Origin: Pirellulales bacterium
GTDB taxonomy: Bacteria; Planctomycetota; Planctomycetia; Pirellulales; PALSA-1355
DNA length: 64,000 bases
NCBI GenBank assembly: GCA_963733035.1
Contig: CAVTBU010000005.1
Location: 160,001 to 224,000 of the forward strand
Reading direction: 5' to 3'
Numbering within the stretch: the stretch's first letter is position 1; each line of letters begins with the position of its first letter. Below are positions 1 to 10,629 of the stretch, piece after piece. Made by a program: the position numbers and the translations under genes. Under the pieces are notes generated by a model. The model had not been told where the DNA came from, did no database searches, and saw only the letters and a list, made by a program, of their open reading frames with translations.

Positions 1-1
1 C

Positions 2-598
2 GTCTCACCCAACGTCGACTCCAGCGAGCCGATAACTCGCAAGGGTCTTTACACGTCGCTAAGGTTTTCGGTGCGCGGCCGCGGCACTCCAGAACAGTTG
101 ACGCGGTTCCTATACGAGTTCTACCGAGCGGATCATCTGCACCAGATCGAATCGCTCAACCTCACACCGGTGCCCAAGAGCGATGAGTTGGACATTGCGC
201 TTTCGCTTGAAGCCCTGTCGCTGCCTAACGGAGAGCGGAAGGATAAACTCTCGACCCGGGTTTCCGATCGGTTGGCCTCAAACCAGTTGTCTGACTACGG
301 TGCCATCATGGAACGAAATTTGTTCGGCATTGGCGGCGGCAGCCTGGATGCAGCCGATTTCGCCTATCTGACCGCCATTACCGAAGTTGACGGTGAGGCG
401 GAGGCCTGGTTCACTCTGCGAGCTTCCGGTGAACTGCTGAAGTTGCGCAACGGGCAGTCATTCCACATCGGCGCGCTCTCGGGCAACGTCATCGAGATCA
501 CCGACGCCGACGTGATTCTGGATTGCGAAAACGAGCGTTGGCTGGTTGGCGTGGGCGAAAGTCTGATGCAAGCCAGCACGCTGCCTCCTGAATTCTGA
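2..598 (+). CDS. Partial (5'-truncated) PilO/GspM-like T2SS/T4P inner-membrane platform protein
   Basis: Frame is open from the window edge; 'FSVRGRGTPEQLTRFLYEFY..HQIESLNL' resembles the PilO/GspM ferredoxin-like region; lies directly upstream of a secretin. Confidence 0.55.
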   Translation, partial: VSPNVDSSEPITRKGLYTSLRFSVRGRGTPEQLTRFLYEFYRADHLHQIESLNLTPVPKSDELDIALSLEALSLPNGERKDKLSTRVSDRLASNQLSDYGAIMERNLFGIGGGSLDAADFAYLTAITEVDGEAEAWFTLRASGELLKLRNGQSFHIGALSGNVIEITDADVILDCENERWLVGVGESLMQASTLPPEF

Positions 599-811
599 TT
601 GTGCTCAGAGTCGGTGACATCGCCACGCGACTTTTCCGCGTTACCGAGCGGCGATTCCTGACCGCCCAGCCAACCCCAGCCCTCCAGCCTGACACGCATC
701 AACATTGATTGGTATTGGCGGTCAGGGCTCGCTTGGGTATTCTCCGGCCGCATTTCTCAGCCGCAAGAGCCCGCCTTCAGCGTGGTTCACAACGTTCGAC
801 AAGTCCTCTCT

Positions 812-3800
812 ATGAAGCAGTTTCGGCTACCGACATATCCTCTGCGCGCGGCGCGCGCTCGTATTTGCTCTGTTGTCTAGGGCTTACGATCGCGTTGTTG
901 GGAGCGGTTGCCTGGTCGCGGGGCCAAACTCCGCCCGACGCCTACGCGACCTATGCGCTCGCTAACGCCACGGCCGACGACGCCGGCCAGCAGATCGAGG
1001 CCGCCCTCAAGGGAACGGCGCAGGTGGTCGCCGATCGCCGCAACAATCGCGTTTACGTACGAGGCGGCGCCGAAGCGCAACGTATCGCCCAACAGGTCAT
1101 CGCGCAGCTCGACAGGCGACCGCAACGGCTGGCCGCCGCAACGTCTAGCGTGTTGACATCGGCAGCCGCTCGGGGACCAGTCGCCGGTTCTGCGCAACCC
1201 CCAACGGCGCCGCAAGTGGCGACCGTTTCACGAAGGTTGACTGTCAATTGGCCGCCGAATCAGGTCGAGCCGGAACTATCGCGTCTGTTCGGATCGCGGC
1301 TGTCGGCGCGGCACCACAAAATGCAAGCGAAGCCGCATTTATGGTGGCTTCACGTTCGGGACAGATCGCGGCAATGCGCGTCGATCCGTCCCAACATAGC
1401 GTGTTGTTCTCGGGCCCGGAACCGTTCGTATCACAAGTCCTGCGACTGGTTGCGGCCCAGGACGCGTCGCGTCGGCGATCTGCACAAGCGGTGCGGGCCG
1501 TGCCTCTCCGCAAGTCCGATCCACGGAAGGTCGAACGTGTCGTGGAAATCTTTCGCCAAGGAAACCGAGGCAATCCCACGGCCGCCGCCGGGCAGCTCGC
1601 TCAAGTGGCACCCCAACAGCCCGCGGCAAATCCACCAGCCGCCAGTTCGGAAGCTGAGGAAGGTCCGCAGAGGACCGACGCGGAACAAACGAACCAGAGG
1701 CTGCGTGAACTGGGCCTCGATCTGAATATCGAGGTTTTGCCGGACTTGGACGCGATTATCCTTCGCGGCAACAACCGCGACGTAAACGAAGTGCTGCGAA
1801 TCATCGAAGACATTGAACGGATCAGCGCCGAAGCGGTTCCTGAGGTCGAGGTAGTGCCGCTCCAACACGCTTCGTCCGAGGCGATGGCCCCTCTGTTGAC
1901 CACCATCGAACCAGACCTCGTCGCCGGCCGTCCGGGCAAGGTGACCATCACTTCGCTCAATAAACCCAACGCACTGCTTCTGATCGGCCGTGCCGAGTCC
2001 GTCAAGGCCGTGCGCGAGCTAATCGCCAAGCTCGATCAACCGGTGCCACCCGGCACACAAGTAAGAGTCTTCCGCCTTCGTCACGCGCCCGCCGCTACCG
2101 CCGTGACGACCGTGCAGGAGTTTTTCTCAAAACGGACCGGTCTGGGTCCGCGACTAGTCGTGGCGGCCGACGTGCGGTCCAACTCCCTCATCATTCAAGC
2201 GGCGCCGCGCGATCTGGCCGAGATCGAACTGTTGGTAAAGCGAATCGATACGCCCGACAGCGCGTCGGTCAATCTGGTGCGAATTTTTAAGTTGAGAAAC
2301 TCGCTGGCCACCAACCTTGCGGCGTCGTTGGAATCGGCCATTCAACCCGCTCGCAGCGGCCAGGGCGGTACGGCAAATGCCAAGTCGTCGGGCCTGGAAT
2401 TCCTCACGATTGATCCTCGGGGCCAGCGAGTGATCAAATCGGGGATTCTCTCGGACGTCAAAATCACGCCCGACGTCAAAGCCAACTCTCTAATCGTTAC
2501 GGCGCCGGCACAGAGCATGGAATTGATGGCGGCACTGATTGCCCAGATGGACGACGACGCCGCGTCGGTAGCCCAGATTAAAGTCTTCCATGTCGTCAAT
2601 GGCGACGCTTCGAGCCTGGTGCTCATGTTACGGACCTTGTTGCCCCAGCAGGGAGTGACTGGGCAAGCGCCACTGCTGCCCCGCTCTGGAGACGAATCCA
2701 ACTTCGTGCCGCTTCGCTACTCGGTCGACCCTCGAACCAATAGCATCATCGCGGCCGGTTCGGCCGGCGATCTGGCCATTATCGAGGCTTTGCTGCTACG
2801 CCTCGACGAGAGCGATGTCGAACAGCGCAAGAACTCGGTCTACCAGCTCAAGAACGCGCCGGCACTCGATGTGGCCGACGCCATCAACCAGTTCTTGCGT
2901 ACTCAGCGCCAGGTCGAACAAGCCGCGCCAGGTGAAATGAGTCCGTTCCAACAGATTGAAAAGGAAGTGGTGGTCGTGCCCGAACCGGTGGGCAATTACC
3001 TCATCATTAGTGCGTCGCCGCGGTACTTTGACGACATCGTTGAACTCGTCGAGAAGATCGACGAACAGCCGCCTCAAGTGTTGATCCAGGTACTGATTGC
3101 CGAGGTGGCGCTTACCGAAGACACGCAATTTGGTGTCGAGTGGGGCCTCCAAGATGGCCTGTTGTTCGACCGCAGCTTACTGGGCAACTTATTGACGACG
3201 TCGACGAGCACCACCTTCGGCAATCCGCCCACGACCACGCAAACGCAAACAGTCGTTGGTGCGTCAAACGAGCCGGGTTTCAACTTCAACAGTGCGGATA
3301 TTGGCAACAGCGGTAGCGCGGCCAGCCTGGCTACCGCCGCCCAAACGGGCAAGCAGGCGTTGGCCAATTTTGCCATGGGCCGCACGGATACTTCTCTGGG
3401 CTTCGGCGGCCTGGTCCTGTCGGCAGGCAGCAAGAGCATCAACGTTCTGTTGCGAGCCTTGCAGCAAAACCAGCGACTCGAAGTGCTCAGTCGCCCGCAG
3501 GTAATGACGATCGACAATCAACCCGCCTTCATTCAGGTCGGCCAGAAGGTACCGCTGATCACCAACGTCATTGTCAACCAGATCGGTCAGACGAACACCG
3601 TGCAGATGTCGAACGTCGGCCTCATTCTCGGCGTGACGCCTCGCATCAGCCCTGACGGCATGGTCGTGATGGAAATTGACGCTGAGAAATCGGACGTCGC
3701 CCCCGAGATCGAAGGTATTCCGGTGTCAATCTCCGCCTCCGGCGCCGTCGTACGCGCCCCTCGAATCAACATCACCACGGCGCAGACCACCATCAGCACC

Positions 3801-4391
3801 GCCAGCGGCGAAACCATTGTGTTGGGCGGTCTGATCACCAAACGGCGAATGACGATTAATCGACGCGTTCCGTACTTGGCCGACGTACCGGTCTTGGGAT
3901 GGATGTTCCGGTTCGACCAGTTCGAAGCGCAGCGGACGGAACTCCTGATCGTTCTAACGCCGCACGTCGTGCGGAATGCCGCCGACGCCGAGCGACTGCG
4001 CCAAATCGAAGCCGCGCGCATGCACTGGTGTGCCGCCGACGTTCATGAGATCCACGGCGACCCCGCCTTCTGCCGGCGAGGCGACTGCCCCGTTTGCGAT
4101 GCTCAGATGCCGGTCGTGTATCCAGATCTCGACCCCAGCGGAATGTCGCCAAACCAGATCATGGATATGGAGGAACTCGGTCCGGGCGAAGTCATCGAGG
4201 GACCATCAATCTTGCCCGGGCCTGACGATCCTCAGGGAAGCACGGCACCCAGCGACAAGCAGCGCAAGTGGAGCTTAGCGCGGCTGTTGCCTCAGTTCGA
4301 CGCGGCCAAGTCCACCTCCACCCCTGCGACCGCCGACCAAGTGCCCAAGCGACAGTCCATTCCGGCCAGCGCAGGCGAGTCCATTCAGTAG
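812..4391 (+). CDS. Large secretin (GspD/PulD/PilQ family) with about 8 N-domain repeats; apparent frameshifts near 845-880 and near 1305
   Basis: C-terminal secretin domain (QVLIQVLIAEV, LSRPQVM..DNQPAFIQVG, GETIVLGGLI, ELLIVLTPHVV); repeated 'D.R.NSLI..G/A' N-domains; signal peptide and first N-domain lie in ORF 709..1725, the rest in ORF 1248..4391; ATG at 812 is in a third segment. Confidence 0.85.
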
Positions 4392-4413
4392 TAGTAACCC
4401 TGATACGCACGCA

Positions 4414-5499
4414 ATGTCAAAGCGGAAACGGAACAACTGGATGGCTTGGTTAGCCCCCTTGGCTGGCCTCGTGAGCGGCTGCGCCACGATCGATCTTCCG
4501 AAGAAACTCGATTTCGCGGCTGCGGCCAACAAAGCCGAAGCACCGGCGCGGATGACGGCGCTATGGACGGATACCGTGTTGGTCGAGGCGGGTGTGGTGG
4601 GATTTGGCGGACGCGTCATGTTCTATGGGCGAGGAGACGAGGACCCGATTCGTGTCGAGGGCGAACTGACGGTGTTTGCCTACGACGACACGGACAGCGT
4701 CCGTGAGGACGCCGTACCGGCGCGCAAGTATGTGTTTCGCGCGGAGGAACTCGCCGGCCACTACAGCGAGTCAAAGCTTGGCCACTCCTACAGCTTCTGG
4801 ATTCCTTGGGATCGCGTGGGCGGCCCTCGGCGACAGGTCAGCCTGATCGCGCGATTCAAGAGCGCCCAGGGGGGCGTGGTGATGTCCGAGATGACGCGCC
4901 ACCTGCTGCCGGGATCCGACCCATCGAACACGCCCCTGGCAAACCACAATCACTCGCCGAAACGGAACACGTCGGTGTCACAAGCCACACACCAATCCCC
5001 GCTCCCCTCGAGCGTGCCGGAAATCGCCGACCATTCCAATAGCATGCAAACGACGACGATTCCCCTGAATGATGCATTGGGTGCTGCCGCGGCACGGAGT
5101 CAAGCACCAGAAGAACAGCTCGTTGACAGCGCCGCCCTGGCATACCCGACACCACCGCCGCCAAACGGAAATTCAGGCTCTCAAACCACACCGGTCAGCT
5201 CAGCCGCTAGTTCGATGGAACCAGACGAGATTCGGGCAATGGTTCGGGACGCGGTACAGGAAGCTCTGGCCGCAAACCAGGCGGAGCAACCTGTAGATCG
5301 TTTTGGACGTCGGAAATACCGGGCTCGAATAGCACCAAAGCTTCCGCCAGCTCGCGATCCCGCTCCGACGCAACTACCCCTCGGAGCACGGCAGTTCTCG
5401 TCTCCAACGACACCTCAAGGGGCGCTACCCACCGAATTGGCGCCCGCGTCAAGTGGCGCTCTACCGCAGTCACAACGGCTACCGGCTGGGGGCCCATAA
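4414..5499 (+). CDS. Secretin-associated lipoprotein with a low-complexity Pro/Ser-rich tail
   Basis: Lipobox LVSG-C after a basic/hydrophobic leader; compact N-terminal domain (GFGGRVMFY...YSFWIPW); starts 22 nt after the secretin stop. Confidence 0.7.
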   Translation: MSKRKRNNWMAWLAPLAGLVSGCATIDLPKKLDFAAAANKAEAPARMTALWTDTVLVEAGVVGFGGRVMFYGRGDEDPIRVEGELTVFAYDDTDSVREDAVPARKYVFRAEELAGHYSESKLGHSYSFWIPWDRVGGPRRQVSLIARFKSAQGGVVMSEMTRHLLPGSDPSNTPLANHNHSPKRNTSVSQATHQSPLPSSVPEIADHSNSMQTTTIPLNDALGAAAARSQAPEEQLVDSAALAYPTPPPPNGNSGSQTTPVSSAASSMEPDEIRAMVRDAVQEALAANQAEQPVDRFGRRKYRARIAPKLPPARDPAPTQLPLGARQFSSPTTPQGALPTELAPASSGALPQSQRLPAGGP

Positions 5500-5964
5500 G
5501 TTCGGGGCCAAGCACCAGCTTCGGCGGATAGGGTTGATTGGCCGAATTGGTGTCATTCGGTTCGCGATTGACTTCAGGAAGCACCGGCTCGCGGACCGAA
5601 GCGGCGGCCGGGGGCTGGCGACGTAGCCGAGCCTGATTCACGCCGGTAAACCCGCGCCATCTCCCGAATCGGTGCCGACGAAATCCGTCGGCCGGCGATT
5701 GCCACGCAAGAAACGCTCTGTGCCCGTCAGCGAGCCGCTGTTTTGGATCATCCCTTCCGCCGGGTTGCTGACCGCGCCGGGCGTCTGTTGCCGCGACAAG
5801 AACCCCCCAATCTCGCGTTGTCCAAACATCTGTGCATTGGCACGCGCGGAAGTCACGAGCAGCGCGGTCGCCAACGCCAATGCGAAACGGACACGTGGCA
5901 CGAGAATCTTCTCCGAGGCGGGCTGGGCGGGCGGTTTCTTTGAGATCGACCTGCCACCCAGCAT
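5207..5964 (-). CDS. Exported BON-domain protein; apparent 1-nt frameshift near 5648
   Basis: ORF 5638..6090 gives the signal peptide (FALALATALLVTSARANA/Q); ORF 5207..5641 gives the BON motif (AVLRGVVASERDRELAEALVLFEPGISDVQNDLQV); adding one T in GGTTTACC joins them. Confidence 0.7.
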
Positions 5965-6253
5965 ATCATAAACCACGTCCGCGGGGTGGGGTGCATGCAG
6001 CCTATTCCTCGCTGTTTTCGCAAGATAGCCACTCCAGGTGAATTGCTTGATTTCCCCAGGGCAACGCCCGCCGGAATCGCAATTCGACAATCTGACGGCC
6101 CCAGCAATCCCGAGCTAGGAATTCTAGGCAAATTGCGGCACCCATAACGGTTCAACAGACGTTTATGCAAACGTCGACCGTAATGGTCGAATCTATCAGT
6201 GGGTGTGAACCGATTGTAACGTCGCCCTTTGCGTTGCCGACCTGGGACGAAGC

Positions 6254-7360
6254 ATGCCACGTGTTGTCTTTGTTGTTGCATTGCTAGCGGTCTCGTGCCG
6301 CTTGGCGCTGGCCCAAGAGGTGGTCAACGACGGCTACCCCGTCTCGAGCCTGAGAATTCCGGGCACGGATCCGTTTGGGCTGATGTGGCCGTGCATCGAG
6401 CCGTTTGTGTTTCAATCGCCGCTCAAGACCACCTATTTCACGGCCGACATGGTCGCGTTTCGCCGCGACTGGCAAGCCTCGCAAACTTTTGCCACGCTCG
6501 ATACATCCACCAATGCCGTGTTGGGAACGCACGACCTGCCGTTTGTCTTCCAGCCAGGTATGCGCCTGCTGGCGGGACGACGATTCAATGATTGGTTCGC
6601 GCTGGAAGCCAGCTACATCGGCCTGCTGGACTGGAATGAGTCGCGGTCGGTACGTGATTCGACCAGCAACGCCCTCGGCACAACCGGAAACTTGTTTTCG
6701 CCATTCTCGAATTTTGGCGATCCACCGATCGTGGGCTTCGACTACAACTATTTTGCCTCGATCCATGTCGTTTCGACGTTCAACAACGCGGAACTCAACC
6801 TGCGGCAGCGACTGGCGACTCCACCCTCCTGCTTACAAGCCACGGCCATTTGGGGCCTGCGCTACATAAATATCCAGGACCGGTTCTCATACCGCACTCA
6901 GTCGTTCGAACCGGCGCCAGGGGGCACCAATACGGCCATCGACGTGCAAGCCCGCAACAACCTGTTCGGCGTTCAAGTCGGCGGAACGGTGGAATTTCAA
7001 GTTGAGCGTCGCTGTTGGCTCATGTTTGAGGCAAAGGGAATGCTGATGGCAAACTCAGCAAGCCAGCAGACCTCGTACACCGCCGGCACCTTGGCGGGTG
7101 CCGGGTCGACCGTGACGGGTAGCCGCTCTCAGGGACGCGCCATGTTGGGCGCCGATTTGGCTGCGACGCTGGAATGGAAAATTCTGCCGGGGCTGATTGC
7201 ACGCTTCGGATACCAGGGTATCTTTCTCGACGGCCTGGCGTTGGGCTCCAACAATTTCCTCCGCAACCTGGCCGACATGGCCATCAATCCGAATCAACTC
7301 TCCGAGAACGGCCACCTCGCTTATCAAGGGCCTTTCGCAGGCGTCACGTTGACTTGGTAG
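6254..7360 (+). CDS. Outer-membrane beta-barrel protein (planctomycete BBP7-like)
   Basis: Signal peptide, amphipathic beta-strands, 'NNLFGVQVG', 'ARFGYQGIFLDGLALG', C-terminal aromatic residue (GVTLTW). Confidence 0.75.
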   Translation: MPRVVFVVALLAVSCRLALAQEVVNDGYPVSSLRIPGTDPFGLMWPCIEPFVFQSPLKTTYFTADMVAFRRDWQASQTFATLDTSTNAVLGTHDLPFVFQPGMRLLAGRRFNDWFALEASYIGLLDWNESRSVRDSTSNALGTTGNLFSPFSNFGDPPIVGFDYNYFASIHVVSTFNNAELNLRQRLATPPSCLQATAIWGLRYINIQDRFSYRTQSFEPAPGGTNTAIDVQARNNLFGVQVGGTVEFQVERRCWLMFEAKGMLMANSASQQTSYTAGTLAGAGSTVTGSRSQGRAMLGADLAATLEWKILPGLIARFGYQGIFLDGLALGSNNFLRNLADMAINPNQLSENGHLAYQGPFAGVTLTW

Positions 7361-7800
7361 TGAGATTCGCCTTGCCTGCGGCACTTCCCCGCGGGTTGCA
7401 CGCGCATCCCGGATCGCATCCGTGCCTTCAACCCCTGCTGCCGCAACGGCAGTGGCCTGTCGCGCTGCGGTCTCGTCGACTCCACATGGACACGTTCGGC
7501 CTGTCGGTAGCTGGGCCGTGCAGTTCGCATGAGCACGCCGACGCCCGTGAAAGTTGATACTCCTCAGCGTGCGTCGATCGAGTTCGTCAACGAACATGAC
7601 GGCGATTTCCAAGATTGCATCGCCGCTCTACGATTGGTCGGGTTGAGCCGCTTCAAAAAATGTCTTTGGTGTAGGGGCGGCTCGTTTTTTGCCCCCCCAT
7701 CTTGATTGCTGATACCAACCCAATTAGTCTATGACAGGAATTGAGCGACCTCGCGGCAGGGGCAAGCCGCCGACCATCGACCTCGCTCGAGGCAAGCCGC

Positions 7801-9622
7801 GTGAGAGAAAACGTTCTCGGCATCTCCGCTTATTATCACGACGCGGCCGCAGCCTTGGTGTGTGGTGGTGAAATTATCGCTGCTGCGCAGGAAGAGCGAT
7901 TTTCTCGCAAGAAACATGACCCGCGCTTCCCCAAACGGGCAATCAACTATTGCCTAGGGGAAGCGTTTGTCGACCCCTCCGAGCTAGCCGCCGTCGTCTT
8001 CTACGATAACCCCTTGCTCACTTTTGACCGTATCGCCAAGAACGCGGTCAGTGTCGCCCCGAGTGGTCGCGATCAATTCGTCGAGGCCTGTCGCGCCTTC
8101 TTGGGCACGAAAGTCCGCATTCTGGACGAGCTCGAGGAAATCCTCGGCCAACGTCCAAATTTGCTCGTTACACATCACCACATGGCCCACGCCGCCAGCT
8201 GCTTCTACCCGTCCCCGTTCGAGGAGGCCGCGATCCTCACGGTCGACGGCGTGGGCGAATGGGCCACCTGTTCACTCGGTTACGGCAAGGGGAACCAAAT
8301 CAGCCTCTTGCACGAAATCCATTACCCCCATTCGCTGGGCCTGCTTTACAGCGCGTTTACCTACCACTGCGGGTTCAAGGTGAACTCAGGCGAATACAAG
8401 TTGATGGGACTTGCGCCATACGGAGAACCGAGATACGCCGATCTGATTCGCGAAAAGCTCATCGATGTGCGCGACGACGGTTCGTTTCGCCTCGACACGA
8501 GCTATTTCGGCTACCTCGAAAAACAACGGATGACCAACGACCGCTTTGACGAACTTTTCGGCCCGCCGCGCAAACCGGAAACGCCAATCACACGGTATCA
8601 GATGGACCTGGCCGCGTCGGTCCAACAGGTCACCGAAGAGGTGATGCTCAAGCTCGTGGCTCACGTTACTGAACTAACCGGCACGAAGAACGTCGTGATG
8701 GCGGGCGGCGTGGCACTCAATTGCGTCGCCAACGGACGCGTGTGGCGCGAGTCTGGGCTGGATGGTCTATTCATCCAGCCAGCGGCGGGCGATGCTGGTG
8801 GTGCCCTTGGGGCGGCACTCCTGGTCGCGCATCAACTATTGGGTGCTCCTCGCACCGTGAACGGCGGCGATACCCTCCGTGGAAGTTACCTCGGTCCAGC
8901 GTTCGGTTCACACGAAGTTGAGGCGTTTCTCGATCGCCAGGCCGCACCACATACTCGCGTGCGTGATGCGGAAAAGCGTGCCGGTGTCATCGCCGACGCG
9001 CTGGCCGATGGAAAGGTCGTCGGGCTCTTTAGCGGACGTATGGAATTCGGCCCGCGAGCGCTGCGCCCGTTCCATCCTTGGTGATCCGCGCCGCGCTGAC
9101 ACGCAAACGACGATGAACCTCAAGATCAAGTATCGCGAAAGCTTTCGTCCGTTTGCCCCGGCCGTGCTCGCCGACCAGGCGGACGATTTCTTCGAACTCG
9201 ACGGAGACAGCCCCTACATGCTGCTCGTCGCGCAAGTTAAGCGAGAGCGTCAGCTCCCCATGGACAGGTCGGTTCACGACAGCGACGACATGCTGGAAAT
9301 CGTCAGCCAGCCGAGGAGTGATGTGCCGGCCATCACGCACGTCGACTACAGCGCCCGTGTTCAGACCGTCAAGGAGGATGATTCGCCTGAGTTGCACCGA
9401 GTTCTCCGCGCGTTTCACGACAAGACAGGCTGCCCGATTGTCGTCAACACGTCGTTCAACGTGCGCGGCGAGCCCATCGTTTGTTCGCCGCAAGACGCCT
9501 ATCGCTGCTTCATGCGTACGGATATGGATCTGCTTGTGCTCGAAGACTGTCTCATCTGGAAAAACGAACAACTCGCGACCAAGAGCGACGAGAAGTGGAG
9601 GACGACCATTGAACTCGACTGA
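7801..9622 (+). CDS. O-carbamoyltransferase (NodU/CmcH/TobZ family); apparent frameshift near 9063
   Basis: GISAYYHDAAAAL, QEERFSRKKHD, HHMAHAAS, DGVGE, GEYKLMGLAPYG, GGVALNC, EFGPRAL|(G)ARSILGDPR, KYRESFRPFAP, NTSFNVRGEPIV; split across ORFs 7741..9084 and 8879..9622. Confidence 0.92.
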
Positions 9623-9974
9623 CAAAGACCCTCGCAAACTCGCGGGCGCGCTTTTCGACGAAGTGATCGCCCCGCTCGCTGCGGCTCGCAAGGCCGCAAG
9701 CAATCCGCCGTATTTTGCCGCGGCGGCGGACATGACCCTTGCGAGCTATTACCAAGAGCCGATCGTCAGCGAATTGCAGGCGGCCGACTATCAATTCCCG
9801 GGCGGCGGTTCGGCCGACGGATTCATTGACGCCTTGGCGGCCCACTGGCTGGCCCAGGGCGAAACCGAACTGGCGGCCATGGCGCCGCGGTTGAAAGAGA
9901 TTGCCGCGGAATTGAAACGGGAAGCATCCCAAGGCGATGGCACGATCAGCGCACTTTGCTACACGATGTTCTAA
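9609..9974 (+). CDS. Small soluble protein (about 121 aa) ending ...SALCYTMF-COOH
   Basis: TTG at 9609 overlaps the carbamoyltransferase stop; it is the 3' part of ORF 9153..9974; helical, protein-like composition. Confidence 0.75.
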   Translation: MNSTDKDPRKLAGALFDEVIAPLAAARKAASNPPYFAAAADMTLASYYQEPIVSELQAADYQFPGGGSADGFIDALAAHWLAQGETELAAMAPRLKEIAAELKREASQGDGTISALCYTMF

Positions 9975-10032
9975 GCCAAGATGGCCGCCGAGGTCGGTCG
10001 TTGGCCTCCCAGGTCCGAAAGCAGGACGAACC

Positions 10033-10590
10033 ATGAGTACCACCGATTCGCTGCATGAACAGATTGAACAGGACATTTGGAATTGGATCAACGAGTTCGT
10101 CACCGCATCGAACGAGTTTTACAAATTCAAATTCGCGCCCTGCCCCTATGCCCGGACGGCCGTCTTGCAAAACAAAGTCGACGTGAAAATCTGGGAATCC
10201 GGAGATATTCGCCAATTCATTCGCGAGGGTGCGGTCGACATGCGCGAGTCGCCGCAGTTGACCACGCGAGTCATGACATTCCCGCCGAAAACGCGTTTCC
10301 TGTGGGGAATCAATGACTACGTCGAACAACTCAACGTCGAGTTGGTCCCGACCAATGTATTCCTCAATACAGGCGTGGCCAGGACCACGCAAAGCCGCTA
10401 TTCCGGGTCGACCGACCCGTACTTCATCGTGATTGCCAATAGCCTGGCGGCCGTGTTGGCGGGAGCCGAATCGCTCGCGAAATCCGACTATTACCAGGAT
10501 TGGCCCGCCGATCATTACGCCCACGTGGTCGAGCGGCGAGCACGCATGGCTAAGCATTTCGGAATCAAGCCCGAACTTCCGCCACAGTAG
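10033..10590 (+). CDS. Hypothetical protein with W...PCPYA motif (DUF1415-like N-terminus)
   Basis: ATG at 10033 after AGGA; 'IWNWINEFV...FAPCPYARTAV' resembles the DUF1415 'W...V...CPFA' signature. Confidence 0.7.
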   Translation: MSTTDSLHEQIEQDIWNWINEFVTASNEFYKFKFAPCPYARTAVLQNKVDVKIWESGDIRQFIREGAVDMRESPQLTTRVMTFPPKTRFLWGINDYVEQLNVELVPTNVFLNTGVARTTQSRYSGSTDPYFIVIANSLAAVLAGAESLAKSDYYQDWPADHYAHVVERRARMAKHFGIKPELPPQ

Positions 10591-10629
10591 CGCGTTTCCA
10601 CTCGCATTGACTCTCAGAGGCGTACCTCC

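Noticed and set aside
7529..7705. Possible 58-aa ORF (MSTPTPVKV...) and a GAGCCGC/GCGGCTC stem before a T run
   Set aside because: No RBS or recognisable motif, and the hairpin loop is large; too weak to call.
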